DNA of 63,921 nucleotides, counting the filler, from Globobulimina sp. (lineage: Eukaryota), in the NCBI GenBank assembly GCA_003354225.1. It is 37 parts of 37 records of this genome, joined end to end, with 100 filler letters (N's around TTAATTAATTAA, not from the genome) between each part and the next. Parts side by side here need not be neighbours in the genome. Positions count along the whole stretch, not along the records: positions 36,349 to 37,978 come from PIVH01013875.1; positions 38,079 to 39,708 come from PIVH01013876.1; positions 39,809 to 41,438 come from PIVH01013877.1; positions 41,539 to 43,168 come from PIVH01013878.1; positions 43,269 to 44,898 come from PIVH01013879.1; positions 44,999 to 46,628 come from PIVH01013880.1; positions 46,729 to 48,358 come from PIVH01013881.1; 30 more parts are not named here. One strand, given 5' to 3'. The number at the start of each line of letters is the position of its first letter. Within the stretch, counting starts at the first letter, position 1. Positions 36,743 through 48,458 of this stretch are shown one piece after another. The notes under the pieces were generated by a model. That model did not search any database, was not told the DNA's origin, and saw nothing but the letters and a program-made list of their open reading frames with translations. Both the position numbers and the translations under genes were made by a program.

Positions 36743-37738
36743 TTATTTTTTGCACATTAATTTATTCCAAATATACTGTGAATGCCCGAACATGAAATGG
36801 ACACTCAATGTATTGACTAATATATCCCATCCCATTGCATCAGGCGTCAACGTAGCAATACCATAAATATAACCTAACATTGACGAAAAAAGTGCGACTG
36901 TTCCTAAAACACTCTGTTTTATTGTCAATGCTCTTAAGCGAGTAATCTGTTCTTTGTCTAAACTCGATTTTAATTTCTTCTCTTCTGCCGAATCAATTAC
37001 AACCTGCTCTGATTTGATATCTTCTGTTTTTGTTGAAGCCGTAACTATTGATCCTTGCAACTGCATATTTGTCTGAATACGACTTTGTATCAAACAGCTT
37101 CGTAATGCATTTAAACGCGATACAAATAAATAAAGCAAATAAATGGTAACAAATATTTCAAAAATCATATTTGTGACCGGGAATATAAAACGAATTAATT
37201 TTATTCTAATATCTGTATTTTCAAATTTTAATCGACAAACAGAAAACGCGCCGTGTTTGGAAAGATATGCAGTGTTTCGAGGATCTAACACGTTGATTGC
37301 AGTGACGACGACCATTGGGATTATAGACATTGATAATAATCCAATTAGTAAATATGGGATTTTTTTAGATATTGACAAAGGGGAATTTTTGAATAAATTA
37401 TATATGCGATGTATAAATATGGCATATAATAATGTTTTACCAGCAGAATATGGGGGAACTATCAATAACATTGTAATTTTACATTCAGTTTGGTTATCTT
37501 TATGATGCGCATCATGCCATGGCCGAAAATAATTATTCCTAAAAAAATATGAAACAGTTGGTAATAAAAATATTATTATCATTAATATTTCCAATTTCAT
37601 TGATTGCTTTTGCACTCTATGCGCATTTTTGTGATTTTGAAAATAAAAATATACAGAATGAACACCACAAATAATTAATACAATTGAGGCAAAAAGACAA
37701 CCAAAGTTGCCAAAGATTAAACTTGTTTCGATTGTCAT
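36743..37738 (-). CDS. Seven-transmembrane GPCR-like protein
   Basis: About 7 hydrophobic helices, Cys before TM3, long third loop. Confidence 0.6.
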   Translation of the reverse strand: MTIETSLIFGNFGCLFASIVLIICGVHSVYFYFQNHKNAHRVQKQSMKLEILMIIIFLLPTVSYFFRNNYFRPWHDAHHKDNQTECKITMLLIVPPYSAGKTLLYAIFIHRIYNLFKNSPLSISKKIPYLLIGLLSMSIIPMVVVTAINVLDPRNTAYLSKHGAFSVCRLKFENTDIRIKLIRFIFPVTNMIFEIFVTIYLLYLFVSRLNALRSCLIQSRIQTNMQLQGSIVTASTKTEDIKSEQVVIDSAEEKKLKSSLDKEQITRLRALTIKQSVLGTVALFSSMLGYIYGIATLTPDAMGWDILVNTLSVHFMFGHSQYIWNKLMCKK

Positions 37739-38126
37739 TGATGCGACTAGATCACTTCAAAAAAAAAGCCTTAACCAAATTTGTACATGTTTATTAAATA
37801 TTTTATTAAAGTGCATAAAAAAAATAGAACATTTCAACTTATTGCATCCTTGTAACAAACATCTATATTATTCTTATGGTAATATTTGTGTTGAGAACAT
37901 TTATTCAAATCAAGCATATGTTGCGTTAAATTGTTATCTTTTAATAACTTCCATACTTTATTCCATATCTTATTCCATNNNNNNNNNNNNNNNNNNNNNN
38001 NNNNNNNNNNNNNNNNNNNNNNTTAATTAATTAANNNNNNNNNNNNNNNNNNNNNNNNNNNNNNNNNNNNNNNNNNNNATCTATAAAAATTATTTTTTCC
38101 TATCAATAACTTTAACATTAATTTAG

Positions 38127-39708
38127 TGAATTGGTACACTGGAAATAGTATCACAAATTTAAATAATTTTGACAAAGTACGATTATACCATGGAATAACC
38201 ATGATACTTTTGTTTGGATTTGCATATCCGTCATCATCATTTGTTGCGCGATATTTAAGACATACTTTATGGTGGAAACAAGCCCATCAAAAAATTGGAT
38301 CCTTAGGTGTGTATACAATGTTTTTTTTGTTTTTATTTTTGAAAGATTTTCTCAAGTATAATAACTAGGTTTAATGACGAGTCTTACCTCAGCCTATTTT
38401 GCAATTAGTACCACAGCATCTGGTCAATATTCAATGCATGGATTATTGGGCATTGGTTGTGTGTTATCATTGTGCTTTCAGTTTACAGGTGGTTTTTGTG
38501 TTGGATATTGGTTTGAGCATTGGAAAAGAAACAAATGGTACAATAGGCTGCATTACAGCCATTTGCTGTTTGCAATCTTACTCAACTGCCTTGCGCCTGT
38601 AACTATGTGGTATGGCTGGCTCAGATTAGAACCTTATCATGTACCTGTTTTGCGACATTTACCTGTTTGGTTCAGTTATTTTGTATTGCTTATTATCATC
38701 GGCGAGATATACAAACGATATTATCCAACATGGTCTAAAAATAGCGAGTATTCGGCATTTGACTCGAATTACCATGTTCTTACATGGGATGAAATCGGTG
38801 AGAAAGTATCCGCCGGTGCGGCATGGATAATTATTGATAAATATGTGCTGGATATCACAGAATGGCAATTATCACACCCGGGCGGAAGGAAAATTTTATT
38901 GGATCATACTGGTACGGATTGCACCAAATTGTTCCATGGGACGCAGGCAGTTGGTGGTCTGCACAAATATGCACATTCGGAATGGGCTAAAAAACAAATG
39001 GCGCGGATGATTGTTGGAGAGGTTCCATCGCAAAAACAGAATTCGAACACACTTGAAAAAGGCTTCACAGATAGAAACTTCTCGAGATATGCGTCTGTTG
39101 TTGCAGCTGATATGAATGAGGACAGTTATGGGAAAACAGAAAGTGCTGAATTTGATCGTTTTAAATTGAATGCGTTTTTGGAGAATCATGAAACTGAGGA
39201 ATTAGTGGACTTGTTTGATAATATGGTGGATGCGGATAAGGAAACATTACTAAAACAGAAAGAAAGTGGATTATCCATTGCTGATTTAACAAAAAAACAA
39301 CACAAAATATCAGAAGCTAAACGCTTTCGAATTGTTAAATTGTTGAACAAAACAAAGATGTCCGCTGCCGATTGTAGCCGCCCAATTGTTTTATTAGAGT
39401 TTGATATTGAGGCAAAAACGAGGTTTTCTGCTGGTGACTATGTATTGTTACATAATACTGGCAAAGGAACCGTGTCAAGGTCGTATACACCAATACATCC
39501 AAACTTTATTTTATGTGATGATGGGAAACCATTACAAAATGAAAGAAATGAGAGGAAAAATAAAAAAAGAGGATGTTCAAAGTGTTTTGAGCGAAAACCG
39601 AAACCAACAGAGAGTGGAAGATTATTTTTATTGGTCCGGTTGTATAAGAAAGGAAGAATGAGCTCAATTATATCGTCATTGAATATAAATAATTCGTTGC
39701 GACTGACG
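38127..39708 (+). CDS. Cytochrome b561-cytochrome b5-FAD-binding reductase fusion; intron 38307-38368; partial at both ends
   Basis: Four transmembrane His (YHG, AHQ, MHG, SHL); b5 motif VLDITEW..HPGG..GTDCT..AHS; reductase motifs GDYVLL, RSYTPI and LVRLYKKGRMS. Confidence 0.85.
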
Positions 39709-39810
39709 NNNNNNNNNNNNNNNNNNNNNNNNNNNNNNNNNNNNNNNNNNNNTTAATTAATTAANNNNNNNNNNNNNNNNNNNNNNNNNNNNNNNNNNNN
39801 NNNNNNNNCG

Positions 39811-40971
39811 GCTCCTTTTATTGTCGAAAAAAACGATTATTGTTTCACCAGCTATTTAAGCAAATATTTACAAGATTGTCGTTCAAATCAACCGATTACA
39901 AATTATTTCAATTTTAGAAATCTAAACTCACTCTGTGTTGATTTGGATCATTTAAATTATTGGAGTCTTCTCAATCGAAATCACAATACTAAAATAAATA
40001 ATATTTTTGAGTCTATTGAAAATGTAGTAATTGATTGTTCTGGAACAAAAAGAGCATATCAGTCAAAATGGAACATTTTCACTCAATCTGCATTCAAAGA
40101 TAATATCATCAAAAATCTTTCTTTAACCAACCGTGTCGACAATGAAGTTGCTCCAAACATTTTATGTGAATTAATCCCTCATTTCCCGCATTTAGAAAGT
40201 CTTCAAATTGGTGGATGGGATCAAGACAATGATATTAATATTGATAGTTGGAGTGATGAAGTCATATTAGCATTATTTTCAAATTTAAAAGCATTAAACT
40301 TGACTGAGGAAGCATCATTAATCACAGATCGTATCGTTAAAGTTATTGGACATAAATTGGAACATATTGCAATTGACCGTTATGCCAATACTGCATTTTC
40401 TGAAAATGGATGGGGAAATTTAATCGAATTGGATTTATACGATGCATCACAAATTGCTGTGGATAATATTACAAAGACAGCTAAAAATATACAGAAAATG
40501 AGGTTTCGTTTAAACAATGGATTACGTGCATTCCAAACACATAAGAATGTGGAATTTGGCAAATTAATTAAACAACAAAAACAATTGAAATATTTATGCA
40601 TTGGTTGCAGTGTATTTTCTTTGAATCTAACTGTTATATCGTTGTTATCCTCATTGACCGTGAATCCATTGAAAATTCGATTGGATTTACGTGTGGGGAG
40701 ATCTAGAGTTGAATGGGATGATGCAGTGATATGTCAATATATAAAAGATGTGATAAATGCATTGAGAGCAGCAACAAAAAACAATTTTTGTTTGATTATA
40801 TGTTCCAAACTTAAATTACCCAAAATTGATCTATTATCACTGGATGCGTCTTTTGGAAGATTGGATTATTTGGATAAAGAATATTATTTAATGGTTAAAA
40901 GCAATCAATATCAAATGTATGGCGGTTATACTGAAACATGGATGAATTTTCCAAATTATTTCTTGAAATAA
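39811..40971 (+). CDS. RNI-like leucine-rich-repeat protein, 5' partial
   Basis: FPHLESLQI, FSNLKALNL, NLIELDL and QLKYLCI repeats. Confidence 0.6.
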   Translation, partial: APFIVEKNDYCFTSYLSKYLQDCRSNQPITNYFNFRNLNSLCVDLDHLNYWSLLNRNHNTKINNIFESIENVVIDCSGTKRAYQSKWNIFTQSAFKDNIIKNLSLTNRVDNEVAPNILCELIPHFPHLESLQIGGWDQDNDINIDSWSDEVILALFSNLKALNLTEEASLITDRIVKVIGHKLEHIAIDRYANTAFSENGWGNLIELDLYDASQIAVDNITKTAKNIQKMRFRLNNGLRAFQTHKNVEFGKLIKQQKQLKYLCIGCSVFSLNLTVISLLSSLTVNPLKIRLDLRVGRSRVEWDDAVICQYIKDVINALRAATKNNFCLIICSKLKLPKIDLLSLDASFGRLDYLDKEYYLMVKSNQYQMYGGYTETWMNFPNYFLK

Positions 40972-41178
40972 TGTATTAAATTACTTATACAGTTATACTC
41001 TTAATAATAGCAGCAATTTTAATTTAAATAAAAAAAACGAGCTGTGATATTGTTAATCATCTGATTCACTTTCAGATGATTCATCATCATCAGAATCGTC
41101 TTCATATTCATGTCTCAAACCAAAATGCATAAGCTTCAAAATTAAACGTACGTTTTTAAGCTGAAAATCTGTCAAACA

Positions 41179-41421
41179 ATGTTAGTAATCGGAGGTTGCA
41201 AATTAAGTCTTGAACGAGAGCCAATCGCTTCAATCGAAATCATACAACAAAAGCAAGACTCTATTTTCTCAACAACGAAATTACATACTCCAGTGAGGGG
41301 AGCCACTGCTCATATCATAGATGGCTATTTATTGGTGGTAGGAGGATGTAAAGGACCTAAACAACATATAAATACTGTGCAGTTGGTGGAAATTGATTAT
41401 AGGGAAATTAAAATTGATTAA
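41179..41421 (+). CDS. Kelch-repeat fragment
   Basis: LVIGG..IEI..LHTPVRGATAHIIDGYLLVVGG. Confidence 0.6.
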   Translation: MLVIGGCKLSLEREPIASIEIIQQKQDSIFSTTKLHTPVRGATAHIIDGYLLVVGGCKGPKQHINTVQLVEIDYREIKID

Positions 41422-41538
41422 TGTATTGCTTGTGACGGNNNNNNNNNNNNNNNNNNNNNNNNNNNNNNNNNNNNNNNNNNNNTTAATTAATTAANNNNNN
41501 NNNNNNNNNNNNNNNNNNNNNNNNNNNNNNNNNNNNNN

Positions 41539-42064
41539 ATTTGACCAATTTCAACGAAATTTCCAGGGAACTGGAGAACTGGTAGCATTTGCTGCAAATT
41601 TCAACTTTTTCTAATGAGTAGTTTATAGTAGGAAAAGTTGAGTTGAAAAACGTTTGTCGAAAATGTCAAATCTCGAAATCTCACATTTTCATTAGTGTGT
41701 AAGACAAGATGGCTAGTTGGTTAATCGTTCCTGACCAGACCTGTGGTCAAATTGGACTTTTATTATCTTTTGACTTGATTTTCAGTACTGTCCATTATTT
41801 CGGAACACATTTTTCTACATACTTCTTGGCCATACGGTCATACTCAGTAAGAAATTTTTGAGATTTTCGAGATTTAACATTTTGAGCAAACATTTTTCAA
41901 CTAATGTTTTACTCATAACTACTCAATATCAAAGACTGAAATTTCCAGCGAATGTTACCAGTTATCGTCCTAATATTGCCAGAAAATTTCGTTGAAATCG
42001 GATGATATGTTGCAGAGATATTCAAAATTTAAAAACATGGCCATTTTTTTGGCCCACACCCTGT
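41539..42064. mobile_element. Foldback MITE of Tc1/mariner type, left end truncated
   Basis: Long imperfect inverted repeat (atttcaacgaaattt ... aaatttcgttgaaat; aaatctcgaaa ... tttcgagattt) ending in CACCCTG followed by TA. Confidence 0.7.
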
Positions 42065-42102
42065 AATGTATGTGTACACACTACATTTGAATGTTTACTG
42101 TA

Positions 42103-42697
42103 GATGTAAGCACACCTCGTATACCGATTGGCCATTGTTCAATGAAAAGGAAGCAAACAAGTGTACCAAAACGAAGTCTTTTTTGTAAGAAATGTCATTG
42201 TATGACGGACACATCCAAGACTCGTCATGTGCTTCAAAGACATTTAAAGAAAGACATTTATTACTGTTATTATTGTCGTGATCACAAGGAGCAATATAAT
42301 ACAGGAAATTTAACTGGCCATATTCGTCATTCGCATCCAGGAAGGCCGATGAAATATGGTAATAATCTGCGTCAATATCGAACAGAAATCGACCACATGA
42401 TTCATGAATGTTTTCTTCCATTGGTGAGTTTTTTTTGTTTTATGTACTGTTTTTTTGACAGGGTGTATACAATACAAGATTTTGGAACTAGGCTACAAAT
42501 TGCATTTCTATTTATTTCAGACTTTCCATCCTTGTGAAGTTGTCATACCTGCACTCGACTCACATGGCAGAGAAGTAGTAGAGCGGTATGTGGCGGAAAA
42601 ACAATATCGAGACCATATGTTGATGAGTGAATATGACATTCTTTGTGATACATTGTTGACAGGTATGCAATACAAATGTGTATTTAGGTCTAAATAA
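42103..42697 (+). CDS. C2H2-type zinc-finger protein exons (metazoan-like)
   Basis: CKKC..RHVLQRH and CYYC..GHIRHSH; gtgagt donor and tttcag acceptor. Confidence 0.55.
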
Positions 42698-43268
42698 TGA
42701 TTAATTGAAACAAATTTTCGTTTGAACATAGCACTACTACTTGTCTTATTCAATATGCAGTCCAGTACCCTATGTAGTTGTAGCACAACACTATCGTATA
42801 CACTACTACAATTCCAAGAAACGCCGTCTGAGCCACAATAAAAAACATATCTGATTAATATGTGTCCTGCATATACATATGTCATAGGTGTAGTTGGTCG
42901 ACTTGCTTGGGGGGGGGGCCTAAGCCTTGCCCGGTTGCCCTCAATGTCTGCCCGATTGGCCAAAAAATCGATGGGGGGGCTAAAATGACTATTTTTTCGT
43001 TTTTTGGCCTCTAAAGTGATTTTTATAGTTAAATTTCGATATAATAAGAAGCGTAGACTACTTGTTAGTGGTTTAAAACAGTGTTTTCAGAGGTTTTCAG
43101 ACCAAAAATCGAAATTTCAGAGGTTTTCAGACCAAAAAACTCGTTGGCCCGACCAGCCTTGCCCTGGGNNNNNNNNNNNNNNNNNNNNNNNNNNNNNNNN
43201 NNNNNNNNNNNNTTAATTAATTAANNNNNNNNNNNNNNNNNNNNNNNNNNNNNNNNNNNNNNNNNNNN

Positions 43269-44155
43269 ATTCCAAAAACACAATTCACAAAAAATGGAAC
43301 GTTCTTCTTTGTTTCATTATAATTCATCCAAATTGGTTTTGAAATTTCATCCAGAAATCGATTGAAAAAATGTGTTACAAAATAAACAATATTCCTCCTG
43401 TTCCAATGTTTAATACTCAAATAAAATGATATTATAAACATATGCGTGCATTCGAATTCATTTCCACATTCCTCATTATTTGCAATATGCTCAATATGTT
43501 GAGAGCAAGTTACGAGAGCAAATTGATACAATTTTTCGCAGAGAAATTTGAAAAAAATAAAATCATAAATTACTCTTTTTCTGAAAAACGGAAATGTAAA
43601 AAATCTCATAAACATATGTATTGCAACATACTCCGCAGTCGAACCCTCGGCGCCGTCTGTTACAAAGTAGACATTTTCCAATGCTTTGAGCATTTCAATA
43701 AATATATGAATATAACATTGTTTGGAGCGATCATTGTAAAATAAATAATTAATGCAATTTACGCAAATCTCATGCTTTGAGTGCAAAACGGATAAAAAAT
43801 ACATTGCGTTTTTGCGGAACTCTTTTGAATTGTTTTTAATTATTCTGACTCCGCTATCGGTCACGGTTTTAAATGATTCGCCATGATTTGCGCAATTTAG
43901 AGTTAGTAATAAATGATGAATAAAATCCTTTTGTTGTTTGTAATGAGTATGAATGCATTTCTTACACTCACACTTTGATGCATCAGATATCATTAATGTT
44001 TCAAAGGTTTTATATTGAAAAAATTTGTTTGATGGATATAAATTATGTTGTTTTACTGAGCATTCACAATTGCAATTTATAATCCGTTGTTTCAATGTAT
44101 TGCAATATTTGATAAATGTTTGATATTCCACTGGCATGGCATAATATTTCGGCAT
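43269..44155 (-). CDS. Hypothetical Cys/His-containing eukaryotic protein, 3' partial
   Basis: ~295-codon ORF from an ATG to the contig edge. Confidence 0.55.
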
Positions 44156-44999
44156 AGTTTGAAAAAATGTACTGTAGTTTTTGATTTATTGTAATTTAAT
44201 TATAATACCATTATTACGGAACCTGCGGATTATGATTACGAAAGGTAGCTGTAGTTGGTAATAAATGACTAATTTATGCATCACCAGTAAGAATATGATG
44301 CATTAATTGCATATACAAAAAGAAATAAGAACAAACCAACACTATATACAATGGTGAAATTAACAGACACAAAACAACAAAAAAACAAAACAAAAAAACC
44401 CACAAAAATAAAAAACATAAACATAAATAGTCGACTATTATTCACAGATATGGCAAGAAATTTCAGAGTCATGCAATAAATCTAAAAAAAGGTTGTATGT
44501 ACAACTGAAGCAATATGCTGCACATATTTGCAAGTCAACAAATACTGTTTCCATTTGACATTATATTGTTTCTATCTGACAGTATAACATCGTCATATGA
44601 CCGTACATTGTCCACATTGTTTTGCAAATATCTGACAGTATAAATTGTTTTTGCAAACATCGTCCACATTGTTTTTGCAAATTAATGGTATTTGCAGCAC
44701 AATTGGTACAAAGACAGGCGCTCTACTTTAAGGTTTACCGTACGTATTTCTGGTTTCTTGCCAATATATATATTATACCTAAAACAGCTTTATCGTTGGT
44801 TTGATTATTTTCCACTTGCATTTTATGCAGTTTCTTAATTGATTCTTTAGTAACTTCTTCATTTGACCAAATCGAGTCGGAAGTTATTGGTTCCATAGNN
44901 NNNNNNNNNNNNNNNNNNNNNNNNNNNNNNNNNNNNNNNNNNTTAATTAATTAANNNNNNNNNNNNNNNNNNNNNNNNNNNNNNNNNNNNNNNNNNNNG

Positions 45000-46628
45000 T
45001 TAGAAGGCTGTAATTATTATACTGTTAAATCCGAAATGGATTTTAAGAAAAGAATGGTGAATGAATTTGATTTTATGTGTACTCCGCTTGTGTTTGATTT
45101 AACATTGAAACTAAAATCGGAAGGAAATAGCTGTTCGATACAAAATGTATTTGGCAGTGGAAAGGATGATGATGATGATAATAAACAGGGTGAAACATTA
45201 GATTTTGAACTGATGAATGTCAAAACATTGTTTCCATCCAAAACAGAAGGCGGTAGAACTAAAGGTGGTATTATTGTGATTAAATTAAAAAAAAATGTTC
45301 ACAGTCAATCAAACGTATTAAATTTTGAAATTGAAGTTAAATATAAAGATAAATACAAGAAACAGCATAAAAATGAACAGTTTGTAAGTTTTGGCAGTGA
45401 TACAGATAATGATCAGAAGGAAGCAGAGTGTGATTATTTTGATAATAATGGCATACGAAAAGCTATATTATTGTCGCGATTTGTATTTTTAATGAAACAA
45501 TGGATTAAAAATGATGGCAATGAAGGTGGAGAATTGAAAATTTCATCTGACTATAAATTAAAATTTAAAAGTTTTATGGATTATTTTAAGAATGAAATGT
45601 CAGAATTAAAAGATGATAGTTTAGAAAAAGAATTAAATGTTTTGCAAATATTATCGGATTCCGCTGCTGAACAAACATTAAATGAAAAGACAAAAACGAT
45701 TCAAACATTTGAATATAATATTAACGGCGGTGTCGGTTATTATTATTCCCCAAAAGCAGGTATATTAACAATGAAATATCCAGTTCAAAATGGTATTGTT
45801 ACAAATTGGGACGACACTGAAAAAATACTCCATAATACTTTTTATAATGAATTAAGAGTCGCACCCGAAGAACATGCTGTTTTTATTGCAGAATCCGCAT
45901 TAAATCCGAAGGCAAACAGAGAGAAAATAACACAAATTATGTTTGAAACGTTCAATGTGCCAAAATTGTTTTTAGGTAATCGGAATATGTTGGCTTTATT
46001 TGCAAGCGGTCTTACAAGTGGTCTTGTTATTGATTTTGGATTTGATTCATGTGAAATTGTACCAATTTATGATGGCTTTGTATTAAAAGATGCTGTGTTG
46101 TATGGAAGTATTGGCGGTGGTGATATAACGAGATATTTGCAAAAATTATTAAATGAGAATGGTCATTCACTCACTACATCGATGGAAAGGGAGATTGTAA
46201 GGGATATTAAAGAACAAATTGGTTTTATTGCATTGGATTTTGATAATCAAGAATCAAAATGTAATTATAATTCAGTTTCATATAAAATGCCTGATGGAAA
46301 CACAATAAATATAGGAATTGAACGATATAAATGTGGTGAGATATTATTTAAACCAGCATTGATTGGAAAAGAAGAGGATGGGATTCATAAATTAATATAT
46401 AAATCAATCATGAAATGTGATGTTAATATTCGAAAGATGTTATGGGATAACATTGTATTAACTGGTGGAACATCTCTATGTAATGGAATTAATAAACGGT
46501 TAATTAAAGAATTAAAAAAATTAATATCAGATTCAATGGATGTAAGAATTGTAAATATGACATCGGCAAAGGAAGAAAAACATTTTGGTTCTTGGATTGG
46601 TGGCTCAATGTTAGGTTCATTGTCAACA
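45000..46628 (+). CDS. vWA-associated (YfbK-like) region fused in frame to a divergent actin-like domain, partial at both ends
   Basis: GCNYYTVKSEMDFKKRM..EFDFMCTPLVFDL..VKTLFPS..GRTKGGIIVIKL, then from ~45750 GILTMKYP..GIVTNWDD..FYNELRVAPEEH..LNPKANREKITQIMFETFNVP..EREIVRDIKE..WIGGSMLGSLST. Confidence 0.85.
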
Positions 46629-47160
46629 NNNNNNNNNNNNNNNNNNNNNNNNNNNNNNNNNNNNNNNNNNNNTTAATTAATTAANNNNNNNNNNNNNNNN
46701 NNNNNNNNNNNNNNNNNNNNNNNNNNNNGACCATTATTATTTAATTCAAATTATTTTGATACAGTTGAAGAAATACTTGAAATGTCTCCTGTATGTCAAG
46801 AAACACGAATAATAATTGGCAAAATTTAAATGAAGATTAAAATAAATTGACATCCATTTTTATATTTTCGTTGTTGTTGTTTCAATTAATAAACAGGCAG
46901 TGTTTCAAAAACGAAATGTTTTCAAATCAAACTGTAATTTTAAAAACAATGTAGCAGCGCCAATCAATATTTCAGGTGGATGAGTTAAAATTTTTTTATC
47001 CATATTGTGACGTCTTGTTTTATCACTTGGATTTATAAATGCTTCCTGATAACAATCATCATCTGTATCTGTATCATATAATATTGCTGTTTGCCATGGG
47101 TGGAACTAAACGGTCATGTTTTTGATGAGAGAAAAGATTTTCAAATCACTTTAGTGCACA

Positions 47161-48358
47161 ATGGCATCACCCAAAAATGATGAAAATAAAGACGAGAACA
47201 AGCAACCAATAGGAATCCAGTCCCAATTCGAACCAAGAAAACTTGAACAAATGAGAATCACATTACAAGAATACGATAAAAATAAGGACGGTCATATCTC
47301 CTGGCAAGAATTTTGTGACATGGCTAAAAAGAAACAATTTTCGGATCCGGATCGAAATAAATATTGGATTCAATTTGGAGGCAAAATAAATGACAACACT
47401 TCCAAAATATCATTGCAACATATCATACAATCATCGCCCATCGCCACTGTTAAGATCAATACATAACAATAAACGCCTCATGACTTAATTATTTCTGCTA
47501 CCAAAGAAACAAAAACGCGAAAAATTTATTCGTAAACGATTCGACAAAAAGGAGGAGCACACCGATGATAATGAGGAGGAATTTTGCTATGCCGGCACCA
47601 AATTGTCATCCACTCCCAGAGCCACCCGGCTCTCTGAAGAGTCACTGTCCAACGAACGCAGCAAACAAACTAAAACGCGGCAAGAAATTGAAGAGGAAAC
47701 CACTAAAAGCACCAAAAAAGCAAATAAACGCTCGAGTTCCGTACCAGCCACACCCAAAAAATATAAATCCTGTCATTTTATATCAGAGTTTAATACCAAT
47801 GCATCTGCGGTATGTTACATACTATATTTTGTGTGAGTTTGTATCTTTTTTTTGTTTCTTTGCTTCGGATCTTATATTAATTATAATTTGAGTTTGCATT
47901 CATTTTCGATCTGAATACACAGCAAAAAGCGTATCACAGTGACGAAGAGCCAGAAACTGCACCGCAACGAATTAAAAGATATCCAACGCAAATATCTGAT
48001 GTCAACATCCAGCCAAAAACGTTATTAATGGATGAGCCGTTGCGGTTATTTGACCGCTATGATATCGAAAGCAACGGCAAATTGAATATCAGTCAGTTTG
48101 TAGCGATGGTGACTGAGTTATATGGCACTGATCACAAAACCAACGACAATGAGTCATTCCACACCAAAATAAGAGACACATTCATCAAAATCGACAAAAT
48201 GAATGGCAGCAATGGTAGTTTTTTATACGGTGAAAATGTGCATAACTTAGAAGCAGAAATACAGAAATTTGGTGCCATACCGACCAGCGACGAATTTCTA
48301 TCGTTATGCATCGACATATTTGCGAATTTCAATGAAAATAAAAATAAAAACAACGACA
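47161..48358 (+). CDS. EF-hand protein, probably one multi-exon gene, partial
   Basis: DKNKDGHISWQE (47161-47466) and DIESNGKLNISQF (48028-48358) with intervening exon-like pieces. Confidence 0.65.
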
Positions 48359-48458
48359 NNNNNNNNNNNNNNNNNNNNNNNNNNNNNNNNNNNNNNNNNN
48401 NNTTAATTAATTAANNNNNNNNNNNNNNNNNNNNNNNNNNNNNNNNNNNNNNNNNNNN

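Noticed and set aside
38127-39708. Eukaryotic nitrate reductase
   Set aside because: The region before b5 is a b561-like membrane domain, not a molybdopterin domain.
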